DNA of 64,000 bases, taken from the IMG/VR virus record IMGVR_UViG_3300044633_001982; one strand, written 5' to 3'. This DNA is from a virus. Its lineage: Duplodnaviria; Caudoviricetes. This document shows, one piece after another, positions 40,101 to 47,606 of this stretch. Numbering within the stretch: position 1 is the first letter of the stretch; every line of letters begins with the position of its first letter. The notes beneath the pieces were generated by a model. That model worked only from the letters and a program-made list of their open reading frames with translations, had not been told where the DNA came from and did no database searches. The position numbers were made by a program, and so were the translations under genes.

Positions 40101-40825
40101 ACTTTGGTACTGAATTAATACCAATTGTTAAATTCCCAAATATTACTTATAATTTGGAATTCATGAATCTTTATTTAAAAAATTTCTACCCTGATTTAAA
40201 TTTTGCTACAGATATTACTATAGTTGAAGAACTAACTAAATTTTATATTAAATATTGGTCATTACAATCAAAACAGGAAGATGCTTATTATGATGAATAT
40301 ATAAGTAAAAATGCTAGCGAGTACGCTGCCATTTTGGAAAAAGTTAAAAAGGCTTATGTTATTTTAAACCCTGTTAATTTGAACCCAGCCCCAACAGGGG
40401 ATACTCAAACAAGTACTGGTACAACACTAACTAATAACACACAAACACCGCCTTTAACTTCCGATTATCAATATACAATATCTAACCCACCAATGTTTGA
40501 AGAATTTACAGTTAGTGTTAATCCTAGTGTTGATGGGTTAAGAAATATATTCTTAGTTGAATATGGGTACAATATTACTGCAAGTTGTGCTGAAGGGTCG
40601 GCGACTGGACAACAGTTCTCAAATAATTATATTTCTTCAAATGGACAAACAGTTACAATAACTGCTGAAGATTTGTTAGAAGAAGTAGACTGTACTGGTT
40701 CAGGTTCTAGTGGAGTTTATGAATTCCAAATTACAATTTTTACAAAACCTGTTTTATCTAATGGTCAAATAGATACTACAAGGTCAGATTATTATAAATC
40801 ATATCCTATTACTATGACATTTTAA
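34163..40825 (+). CDS. Very large baseplate hub protein (gp27/GpD-like halves with a large insertion)
   Basis: N-terminal GITNIQV...VTITLVDVRG and C-terminal CTVQSMGNATIQP...GPYLILEVNHSISPGSFETTFQGVR are hub-type strands; follows the LysM gene. Confidence 0.6.
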   Translation: MADKPIYVEFDYENIFLVDPNSVTSDEGGREDRYVKQESLIMYANLECKLSPRSKLTYGVANGQVGSETVTIGKINFLKPNNKDFLENNYIGELLGTDEKVNAARSKNYAQQSREFFNFDDNITNNNSIVDNGFLGITNIQVRTNSAFVPTVTITLVDVRGRAMFEQGNNSPYAAFFSLPYPIFYLTLKGYYGKAVQYPLLLQKFNSSYDSSSGNFIVSLTFITYKYGPFGDITMGEIMALPHMYTTKFTTTSQTNTSNSSDSRVVETQTSQRGYQRLVELYDKYRNSDPPLITDLPNITIQELMYKLDKFVQDILNNSGKVDLQPLTNCDLFLTNLEKFQGDVYFYRGESWFDKYINTINFYISKTDGKKYYTFKEDKELNQQTKIDSIAELKKIIVQYNDSLAKCNIGLTSDVDISNFLVSLSPDEVDPVATYKARNNKAPTPDELSGFTQSLNQLVKGAVTINSDGTNFQTNQFFIFEGVPNDETFITKTSNLKKRAIEIREENEKKFSEQLVKILENPQTGIGFKPTIRNIISIFVVSVEAFYSLLDDVHTKAYDKRYDKARKSEFTENDYNCLETSQTIEEAVVYPWPLFTVKKNNTSGDTSYEIAYPGDRKYQNVVKSYDYSVWPEVEFVEEFSNAFAQRESVPNPYTTNRNENKDVYRLSLSTFDAPIKNIIFSNKEITKFLYEIIERIILNTNYQGLQRDTAKKTQIINFISDAISKSIKESIGTGSPDLLNLFSNYKIDVASFNEFLKTISNNGNGESYNKYIRDYFVTQEIDKIIQTPTIIYKDFLTEFPKPNLDFKNVEQLFGIYTGTTSNTYYFFDTLPYISDNWLTSNVTNGKTITNYELFNNTTKSIMFNPYYKTTTNFDSFTNVDVNRPVTNFNVRASQQINTNNFSNEFYTNLLTDNTQLLTTVGSVYYSSYNNLMTQAQCTSIFNTPFFVNAIQNGVNNEKSGAPYPYTEAAYLLLNSLPLATLSQRFKDYQPNNGNSTPNKNFTELDYIASTFRKFGALHKLPYAWILKYGSIWYRYKNYINNNIDILDKCWVPFNYQTNYDPINSDISRNYQITSTTTNFDITLKKVDTTSIPNITYEDVSVGFYPKVINDFNYFYNGFDLVTQYSTVSQSFSYYRNDGTLKILSPISTKISSSESTYDPALYLTISNYSCLLKNTLKSDGTFYVTPSFGSPVNQLFYEFFNSQTNDLQKNYDVPGTYNGSIRLDWSNPHFGYFDPTNMVKPSYNEYLCKINSETDNQQEFTFLHQNGYSKIEDIFGVFTKEELDIFEKEFLNFSKSEKNYNEETANKNMISEYNNFQMLYKIINKVNSVSGLDDLNIIKNVQQAQFSNKNQTISQFLNKDVVLKRANPYDYNRKTFLSFLSAVINTEQFTVDPINFGSYQVSTPNAVPIPNNNVTTSSSKIAYPNEWKTLQEYVGFSTFEGINYAESGSTITDFFPVFDIPFTSNNIILLSPIIKLYSSYKYKNPNDNREEFLIELLADYFEKVDLTNNVLNNTLLILQKELPKIQIESIKTNSTNVIGEDLKVEYYDMFKVLNDKWVSGNNFSEDTFLESFLFLDKASRDIGDDVLVDIFKVKTKISNVDPATSVYTVIAEILKDHHFVTFTMPSYINFYNRRNNEGPQEMAQLMFGTYSEVDYSETSTKFVNILSTDPSTNTLVESKHNGYCDDGFELGRAQNNPNVRLNTSTDEKSNKVVGFAVDFGLQRQQMFHNLNLAQDVGKSTSESLLMEYNLAQLTSGKKSQTQNVSLFNLYKNRSYSCTVQSMGNATIQPTMYFTLRNVPMFNGPYLILEVNHSISPGSFETTFQGVRQKIFTLKQSENFLASIKMELGKNFYSEIKRQKEQLSKSATTVTQQNTETTNSINETPVNKNNENCQPNVAYNDFIKITGESKTLSYSRVIEEVQFIVGDDLQKRAALFTLIYISNDSNGNIKLFNNNLTNVNLKRKWAGDLPSKFNKEYTCLNFGTELIPIVKFPNITYNLEFMNLYLKNFYPDLNFATDITIVEELTKFYIKYWSLQSKQEDAYYDEYISKNASEYAAILEKVKKAYVILNPVNLNPAPTGDTQTSTGTTLTNNTQTPPLTSDYQYTISNPPMFEEFTVSVNPSVDGLRNIFLVEYGYNITASCAEGSATGQQFSNNYISSNGQTVTITAEDLLEEVDCTGSGSSGVYEFQITIFTKPVLSNGQIDTTRSDYYKSYPITMTF

Positions 40826-40835
40826 TTTATTAGTA

Positions 40836-40843
40836 TATTTATA
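40836..40843 (+). promoter_or_regulatory. TATTTATA late motif
   Basis: 12 nt before ATG 40856. Confidence 0.5.
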
Positions 40844-40855
40844 TAAAAAATAATT

Positions 40856-41080
40856 ATGAATACTAAAGAAGCTTTAGATAGATACCTTGGTAAGAACACA
40901 AGAATAACTGAAACCGATAAGGGTAATGGTTATAAAGAAGTTTGTGACTTAGATACTGGAGATTGTTACACAATTAGAATGAAAGACGGTTTAATTGAAA
41001 GAGTTAACAATACAATGACAATTAATAAAAAAATCAATGTTGAAACAACACAGGGATATAAACAACTTTTAAATGGGTAA
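40856..41080 (+). CDS. Hypothetical protein (74 aa)
   Basis: Preceded by TATTTATA; overlaps the next gene by 8 nt. Confidence 0.7.
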   Translation: MNTKEALDRYLGKNTRITETDKGNGYKEVCDLDTGDCYTIRMKDGLIERVNNTMTINKKINVETTQGYKQLLNG

Positions 41081-41756
41081 GGAAATGGATTTATCTAAAA
41101 AATTATTAGAGGAATTAAAAAAACATAATAAAATCAACAATTATATTTTTGAACAAGACGCTCCACCACCACCTGATGATTTAGCCCTTGGAACACCTCC
41201 TCCATCGCCTGAAGCAGGAGCACTACCTGCGGCACCTGAAGCAGGGGCACCCCCTGCGGCACCCGCCGCTGAACCATCAGCACCTGTTGATGTGGAAAAT
41301 GACCCTGACGTTGAAAAAATCGGTGATGAAAAATCAGAAGATTCAGAAACTGAAGAATTGGATGTTACAGAACTTGTAACGTCACAAAAAAATATGGAGG
41401 AAAAACAAAATGAATTCTTTCAAAATCTTTTTTCACAAATACAAAATCTTGAAAGTAAATTATCTGAAATGGATAAAATTATGGATAAGATAAATACTAT
41501 TGAAACTAAGATTGAAAAATATCGTGAAAAAACTCCGCAAGAAAAATTAGAATTAAGAAGTTTAGATTCAGGACCTTTTAATCAAAAATTGACACAATTT
41601 TTTGATGATAAACTACAGGATATTGAACAATCAGGTAAAAACGAATATGTGATTACACCTGATGATGTTGAAAACTATTCACAAGCTGAAATAAAAAACA
41701 GTTTTAATAATTTGGATAGTGAGGATAGTGATACTAATACTTTCACTTATAGATAA
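41073..41756 (+). CDS. Acidic Pro/Ala-rich coiled-coil protein (possible head/scaffold-associated)
   Basis: Low-complexity PPP/PEAGA region followed by the heptad-like FFQNLFSQIQNLESKLSEMDKIMDKINTIETKIE. Confidence 0.65.
   Translation: MGKEMDLSKKLLEELKKHNKINNYIFEQDAPPPPDDLALGTPPPSPEAGALPAAPEAGAPPAAPAAEPSAPVDVENDPDVEKIGDEKSEDSETEELDVTELVTSQKNMEEKQNEFFQNLFSQIQNLESKLSEMDKIMDKINTIETKIEKYREKTPQEKLELRSLDSGPFNQKLTQFFDDKLQDIEQSGKNEYVITPDDVENYSQAEIKNSFNNLDSEDSDTNTFTYR
41208..41261 (+). repeat. Two-copy 27-bp tandem repeat (PEAGALPAA/PEAGAPPAA)
   Basis: cctgaagcaggagcactacctgcggca followed by cctgaagcaggggcaccccctgcggca. Confidence 0.85.
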
Positions 41757-41762
41757 TTTTTG

Positions 41763-41794
41763 TTTGACTATTACGGCTGACACACTTATACTTG
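41763..41794 (+). promoter_or_regulatory. Host-RNAP promoter of the SSB/recombination block
   Basis: TTGACT (41764-69), 17 bp, TATACT (41787-92); also TTTG-N20-TATACTTG, like the Bacteroidota -33/-7 consensus. Confidence 0.75.
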
Positions 41795-41821
41795 TTTATT
41801 AACTAATAATTTATATATATC

Positions 41822-42667
41822 ATGGCGACAAATTCACTAGATGCTGTACTCGCTCAGTATGAAAAAGCGAAAGGTGGCTCAAACGGAGCTAACAAAATGT
41901 CTCAAGAAGACAGAATGAAAAAGTATTTTGCAGCAATTCTAACGCAAAATGAAACATCGGGACAAAAACGTCTTCGTATTTTACCAACTCCTGACGGTTC
42001 ATCACCTTTTAAAGAGGTGTGGTACCACGAAGTACAAGTTGAGGGTAAATGGAATAAAATCTATGACCCAGGTAAAAACGACAACGAGCGTTCACCTTTG
42101 ACTGAAATTCACGACGAATTAATGTCAACAGGTAAAGAGTCCGATAAGGAACTTGCTAAATCTTACAAACCACGTAAATTCTACATCGTTAAGGTTATTG
42201 ACCGTGATAACGAAGCGGATGGAGTTAAGTTTTGGAGATTTAAACACAATTACAAGAACGAAGGTATTCTTGACAAAATCATCCCAATTTGGAAAGCTAA
42301 AGGTGATATTACTGACCCTGTTAATGGTCGTGATTTGATTATCGAGTTGGCAAAGGCTAAGACTCCAAAAGGAGCGACCTATACAGTTATCCAAACTGTA
42401 ATGCACGATGACCCATCTCCTGTTCACACAGACGCGGAAACTGCTAAAACTTGGACTGAAGACCCACTTACTTGGGCCGATGTTTACTCTAAAAAACCTG
42501 TTGAATATTTGGAAGCGATTGCTCGTGGAGAAACTCCAAGATGGTCATCTGATTTAGGTAAATATGTTTATGGAGACGCGGCATCTGAAATGAGTGTTGG
42601 TGGTGGAAACATGTCAATTGTTGACCCACAAGCAGGTGACGAACCTGATGGTGATTTACCATTCTAA
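41822..42667 (+). CDS. Single-stranded DNA-binding protein (T4 gp32-like)
   Basis: LRILPTPDGSSPFKEVWYH, RKFYIVKVIDRD, VKFWRF, GDITDPVNGRDL and an acidic C-terminal tail. Confidence 0.85.
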   Translation: MATNSLDAVLAQYEKAKGGSNGANKMSQEDRMKKYFAAILTQNETSGQKRLRILPTPDGSSPFKEVWYHEVQVEGKWNKIYDPGKNDNERSPLTEIHDELMSTGKESDKELAKSYKPRKFYIVKVIDRDNEADGVKFWRFKHNYKNEGILDKIIPIWKAKGDITDPVNGRDLIIELAKAKTPKGATYTVIQTVMHDDPSPVHTDAETAKTWTEDPLTWADVYSKKPVEYLEAIARGETPRWSSDLGKYVYGDAASEMSVGGGNMSIVDPQAGDEPDGDLPF

Positions 42668-42674
42668 TTTATAC

Positions 42675-42713
42675 GGATGGACACTAGCATAGTCAAAGTG
42701 TCCATCCTTTTTT
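42675..42713 (+). terminator. Rho-independent terminator after the SSB gene
   Basis: GGATGGACACT-N11-AGTGTCCATCC-TTTTTT. Confidence 0.85.
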
Positions 42714-42748
42714 ATTTTTATACTAACAATTTAAACACATAGACATTT

Positions 42749-43747
42749 ATGGCTATAAAGAAAAAAGAATTTTCATTAGATGCAATCAAAAATAAGTATT
42801 CTACGAAAACTAAATACAAAGATACAGAGTTCTATGAAGTCGACGAAGCTTTTCATAGTAGTTGCGGTTTACCTGGTCCTGCTTTGGGTAACATCAATAT
42901 GTTCTTGGGGCACTCAAATTCTTCCAAAACGACAGCACTTGTTAAAGCCGCTGTTTCGGCTCAGAAGAAGGGGCATCTACCCGTTTTCATTATTACTGAA
43001 AAGAAATGGTCGTGGGACCACGCGGTAGAATTAGGTCTTAAAGCTGAACTTATCGAAGGAGAATGGGACGGACAATTTATCTTCAATGATAACTTTGATT
43101 ACATCGAACAAGTTACAGACTATATTAACGAATTATTGGACGAACAAGAAAAAGGTAACATTCCTTATTCTCTTTGTTTTCTTTGGGATTCTGTTGGTTC
43201 AGTTCCTTGTAAGATGACATTTGATGGTAAAGGTGGTAAACAACACAACGCATCTGTTTTGGCAGACAAGATTGGTATGGGTATCCAAGCTCGTATTACT
43301 AAATCTCGTAAGGAAGATTATCCATATACAAACACAATGGTAGTAGTAAATCAACCTTGGGTTGAATTACCTGATAATCCATTTGGACAACCAACAATTA
43401 AGGCCAAAGGTGGTGAAGCACTTTGGTTAGCATCTGCACTTGTTTTTTTATTTGGCAATCAAAAAAATGCAGGTATTAATCACATTACTGCAACTAAAAA
43501 TGGAAGAACGGTGTCTTACGCTATCCGAACAAAAATCTCTGTTCTAAAGAACCATATTAACGGATTAGGATATAAAGATGGTAAGATTATTGCAACACCA
43601 CAAGGATATATTGTAGATACTAAAGAGGCTCTTGAGGAGTACAAAAAACAATACTCACAATATTGGAACGCAATTCTTTCAGGTACAGGGGAAATTACTC
43701 TTGATGAAAGTGAAGAAACTTTTGAAAACGAAAACGAACCATTTTAA
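42749..43747 (+). CDS. uvsX: RecA/UvsX-like recombinase
   Basis: Variant Walker A GHSNSSKT, FIITEKKW, Walker B FLWDSVGS, VVVNQ and GGEALW. Confidence 0.85.
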   Translation: MAIKKKEFSLDAIKNKYSTKTKYKDTEFYEVDEAFHSSCGLPGPALGNINMFLGHSNSSKTTALVKAAVSAQKKGHLPVFIITEKKWSWDHAVELGLKAELIEGEWDGQFIFNDNFDYIEQVTDYINELLDEQEKGNIPYSLCFLWDSVGSVPCKMTFDGKGGKQHNASVLADKIGMGIQARITKSRKEDYPYTNTMVVVNQPWVELPDNPFGQPTIKAKGGEALWLASALVFLFGNQKNAGINHITATKNGRTVSYAIRTKISVLKNHINGLGYKDGKIIATPQGYIVDTKEALEEYKKQYSQYWNAILSGTGEITLDESEETFENENEPF

Positions 43748-43757
43748 TTAACTTTTT

Positions 43758-44753
43758 GTGAAAAAAACACTCCTTGTTGATGGGAATAATTTGATGAAGA
43801 TTGGATTTCATGGGGTGAAAGATTACTTTCACAACGGAGAACATATTGGAGCAATTTATCATTTCATCAACACACTAAGAAAATTTATTGAAGAACAAAA
43901 CTTTGATAAAGTAGTGGTATTTTGGGACGGAGAGGACTCTACGAGTATTCGTGGAGTTCTTTACCCCAAATACAAACAAAACCGAAAATTAGTTATGGAG
44001 GATGCAATCTTCATGTCCTACCTAAGACAAAAAAATCGCATCAAACAATATCTCGAAGAAATCTATGTGAGACAGATTGAAGTCTCAGGACGAGAAGCTG
44101 ATGATTTAATTGCTTATTATTGTCAGGTATCTGAAAATGAGGATAAATTAATTTTTTCGTCAGATAGAGATTTAACACAACTGATTTCTGAAAAAGTATC
44201 TGTATATTCACCATCACTAAAAAGTACTTTTAAAAATGGAGATACTATTAAATTTGACGACTTTTCATTTCCCCACTATAATGTTAAAACATTAAAAATT
44301 ATGACTGGTGATAAGAGTGATAATATTGAGGGAATTTACCTTTTGGGTGAAAAGACATTGGTTAAATTTTTTCCTGAGATACTTGAAAAACCGATTTCTT
44401 ATACCGATATTTTAGAAAGAGCTGAGGAACTTTTGAAAGAACAAAAAGATAATCAGACACTGAAAAATTTACTAACAGGAAAAACAAAATCAGGTATTTT
44501 TGAAAACGAATATTATGTGGTCAACGAACAAATTGTTGACTTATCAAACCCACTCCTCAAAGACGAGGACAAAGAAGAAATTTCCCAAATTGTTAATGAA
44601 ACATTAGAAACTGAAGGAAGAAGTTACAAAAATATTATTCGTTATATGGTTGAAGACGGATTGTTTAAGTACCTACCTAAAGGGGATGATTCGTGGACAT
44701 ATTTTTTAAAACCGTTTATGAAATTAACAAGAAAAGAAAAAAACAAAAAATAA
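43758..44753 (+). CDS. 5'-3' exonuclease / RNase H (PIN/FEN family)
   Basis: LLVDGNN, VVFWDG, YKQNR, READDLIA, SSDRDLTQL and GDKSDNIEG; GTG start. Confidence 0.92.
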   Translation: MKKTLLVDGNNLMKIGFHGVKDYFHNGEHIGAIYHFINTLRKFIEEQNFDKVVVFWDGEDSTSIRGVLYPKYKQNRKLVMEDAIFMSYLRQKNRIKQYLEEIYVRQIEVSGREADDLIAYYCQVSENEDKLIFSSDRDLTQLISEKVSVYSPSLKSTFKNGDTIKFDDFSFPHYNVKTLKIMTGDKSDNIEGIYLLGEKTLVKFFPEILEKPISYTDILERAEELLKEQKDNQTLKNLLTGKTKSGIFENEYYVVNEQIVDLSNPLLKDEDKEEISQIVNETLETEGRSYKNIIRYMVEDGLFKYLPKGDDSWTYFLKPFMKLTRKEKNKK

Positions 44754-44764
44754 AAAAAACAATT

Positions 44765-45217
44765 ATGAGAGAACAACAAGACATTACGAAACTAGAGTTT
44801 CTGATGACAGTGAACAACAATTTTATTGTTCAGAGATTTTTTAATGTAAAAGGGTATAACCCAAATTCGCATCGTTCCGCGGATTTAATTGACTTGGTTG
44901 ATAATTTTGTCAATGAATTAAAACACAATTTCAAAATGAAATCTGTAAGTTACATGCTTGACAATCAGTATCAAATTACAGAAGACCCTGAAGTTTTGAA
45001 TACATCATTTACTGACGGACCCGAAGTATTCAATGTTTATATTAAAAATGGAGATAAAGTATTATATCATCAGGTATTTGATGCTAAACCGTACCCACCT
45101 AAAGTTAGATATACGGTTGATGTTAGACCTTATTTAAAAGGTGTTTTAAATGATTTGACAGAAGTTTTGTCAAGTAAAAATTTAACACACGAATATATGG
45201 GTTACTCTTTAGTTTAA
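44765..45217 (+). CDS. Hypothetical protein in the replication block (150 aa)
   Basis: Start moved to the ATG at 44765 to avoid overlap with the exonuclease gene. Confidence 0.7.
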   Translation: MREQQDITKLEFLMTVNNNFIVQRFFNVKGYNPNSHRSADLIDLVDNFVNELKHNFKMKSVSYMLDNQYQITEDPEVLNTSFTDGPEVFNVYIKNGDKVLYHQVFDAKPYPPKVRYTVDVRPYLKGVLNDLTEVLSSKNLTHEYMGYSLV

Positions 45218-45241
45218 AGATATTTAATAAAAAAAGGAATT

Positions 45242-46612
45242 ATGGCGGACAAAAATTTTGAATACTTAGGAAATCAATTTCAGTTACAACTTCTAAATCA
45301 ACTTATTGTTGATAAGGATTTCGCCCATTCCATCGTTGGAGTTTTAGAACCATCTTACTTCGAAAACAAATACTTTAAACTTATTGTTCAAATGGTGAAA
45401 GAGTATTATCAAAAATTTGAGCATTCGCCAAGTTTTGATACTCTTAATCAAGTAGCTAAAAGTGAAATTGCTCAGGAGTTATTGTTAAAAATAACTCTTG
45501 ATACAATTTCTGATATAAAAAATATTGATGAAAGTGGGGTACAATTTGTTCAAGAAAAGGCTTTAAAATTCTGTAAACAACAAGAGTTACAGAAAGTGAT
45601 GGAAAAGGCTAAAAAAATTATAGACCACGGTGAGTTTGAAAATTATGACACATTAGAAGAAATGGTTCGAGAGGCATTACAAGTTGGTAATGTTGATAAA
45701 GGAACTGGTGATGTGTTTGAAAACTTAGAAGATGTATTAGCGGATGATTATAGACACCCAATTCCTATGGGAATACCGGGTATTGACAACTTACTTAAAG
45801 GTGGGTTAGCAAAAGGGGAGATTGGGGTAATACTTGCACCTACAGGTGTTGGTAAATCAACTCTAACTACAAAGATTGCAAACAATGCGTTTAATTTAGG
45901 GTTTAATGTATTACAGGTATTTTTTGAGGATAACCCAAAAATTATCCAAAGAAAACATTTTACTTGTTGGACAGGTATTGCTCCTGATGACCTTAGTACA
46001 CATAAAGATGAGGTGTTAAAAAAGGTTGCTGAGATTGAAGAGAAGATGTCTAACAAATTAATTCTTAAAAAATTACAATCTGACACATTTACTATGAGTC
46101 AAATTAAAAATCAAATTCGTAAGATGATTGCCGATGGTACTCATATTGATATGATTATTTTGGATTATATTGATTGTGTAACTCCTGAAAAAGCTTTGGA
46201 AGATGAATGGAAAAGTGAGGGTTCAGTTATGAGAGCATTTGAGGCTATGTGTCATGAATTAAATATTGTAGGATGGACAGCGACACAAGGTAACAGAAGT
46301 TCAATATCATCAGATGTTGTAACTACAGACCAAATGGGTGGGTCAATCAAAAAGGCTCAAGTTGGACACGTCATCATTACTGTAGCGAAGTCACTACAAC
46401 AAAAAGAGTTAAATCTTGCAACAATTGCCATTACAAAATCTCGTATCGGTAAAGATGGGGTAGTATTTGAAAACTGTAAGTTCAACAACGAAATGTTGGA
46501 TATTGATACAGAAAGTTCTGTAACATTCTTGGGACTTGAAGAACAAAAAGAAGAACAAAAAAGAAACAGAATTAAGGAGATTATGGAGAAAAGAAAACAA
46601 CAACAAGTATAA
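45242..46612 (+). CDS. dnaB: Replicative DNA helicase (DnaB/T4 gp41-like)
   Basis: GIDNLLKGG, APTGVGKS, VFFED, IILDYID, WTATQGNR and KSRIG. Confidence 0.93.
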   Translation: MADKNFEYLGNQFQLQLLNQLIVDKDFAHSIVGVLEPSYFENKYFKLIVQMVKEYYQKFEHSPSFDTLNQVAKSEIAQELLLKITLDTISDIKNIDESGVQFVQEKALKFCKQQELQKVMEKAKKIIDHGEFENYDTLEEMVREALQVGNVDKGTGDVFENLEDVLADDYRHPIPMGIPGIDNLLKGGLAKGEIGVILAPTGVGKSTLTTKIANNAFNLGFNVLQVFFEDNPKIIQRKHFTCWTGIAPDDLSTHKDEVLKKVAEIEEKMSNKLILKKLQSDTFTMSQIKNQIRKMIADGTHIDMIILDYIDCVTPEKALEDEWKSEGSVMRAFEAMCHELNIVGWTATQGNRSSISSDVVTTDQMGGSIKKAQVGHVIITVAKSLQQKELNLATIAITKSRIGKDGVVFENCKFNNEMLDIDTESSVTFLGLEEQKEEQKRNRIKEIMEKRKQQQV

Positions 46613-46639
46613 TTATTAAAACAGAAATAAATTAAAAAT

Positions 46640-47587
46640 ATGGAAAAAATATTAAAAGAGAACCCAAACAGATTTGTGATATTCCCAATCCAATACAATG
46701 ATATATGGGAATATTATAAAATGCACCAAGCCGCGTTTTGGACTGCGGAAGAAGTTGATTTAAGTGGTGATATTAGAGATTGGGAAAATCTTTCAGAAAA
46801 CGAACAATATTTTATTAAAAATATTCTTTCATTTTTTGCGGCATCCGACGGTATCGTTAACGAAAATTTGGCTGAAAATTTTTATAGAGAGGTTCAGTAT
46901 CCCGAGGCTAAATTTTTCTATGGAATACAACTTGCAATGGAAAACATTCACTCGTTAATGTACTCATTATTGATTGATACTTATATCTCAAATGAAGAGG
47001 AAAAAAACAAATGTTTTACAGCTTTGGATAACCTACCGGCAGTTCAAAAGAAAGCTAAATGGGCTTTGGATTGGATTGAAAACGCATCCTTCCAAGAAAG
47101 GTTGGTGGCATTTGCCGCGGTTGAGGGTATTTTCTTTTCAGGTTCGTTTTGTTCAATCTTTTGGTTAAAGTCTCGTGGAATTATGCAAGGATTGTGTAAT
47201 GCTAATTCTTTAATCTTTAAAGATGAAAATTTACATTGTGATTTTGCAATTCATTTATTGAATAATCACGTAGAAGAAAAACCAAGTGAAAAAAGAATTA
47301 AAGAGATTTTATTGTCGGCTCTTGAAATTGAAAAAGAATTCATCACAGAATCATTACCAGTTTCACTTATTGGTATGAATTCAAATCTTATGAAACAATA
47401 CCTTGAGTTTGTTGTTGATGGATTATTAATTAAGTTTGGTTGTAAAAAACAATTTAATGTTGAACAACCATTTAAATTTATGGAACAAATTGCAGTTGAA
47501 ACAAAGGGTAACTTCTTTGAATCACGTACAGTTGAATATCAAAAAGCAAAGTTAAATGAGACTCTCTCCTTTACTGATGACTTTTAA
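46640..47587 (+). CDS. nrdB: Class Ia ribonucleotide reductase beta subunit
   Basis: [28 protein letters not shown] (radical Tyr), [13 protein letters not shown] and NFFE. Confidence 0.97.
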   Translation: MEKILKENPNRFVIFPIQYNDIWEYYKMHQAAFWTAEEVDLSGDIRDWENLSENEQYFIKNILSFFAASDGIVNENLAENFYREVQYPEAKFFYGIQLAMENIHSLMYSLLIDTYISNEEEKNKCFTALDNLPAVQKKAKWALDWIENASFQERLVAFAAVEGIFFSGSFCSIFWLKSRGIMQGLCNANSLIFKDENLHCDFAIHLLNNHVEEKPSEKRIKEILLSALEIEKEFITESLPVSLIGMNSNLMKQYLEFVVDGLLIKFGCKKQFNVEQPFKFMEQIAVETKGNFFESRTVEYQKAKLNETLSFTDDF

Positions 47588-47606
47588 TTTACTATCTTTT
47601 TAAACT

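Noticed and set aside
46640-47587. Class Id (Mn, superoxide-activated) RNR linked to the SOD
   Set aside because: The beta subunit has the class Ia [11 protein letters not shown] pattern with Asp ligand and the radical Tyr.
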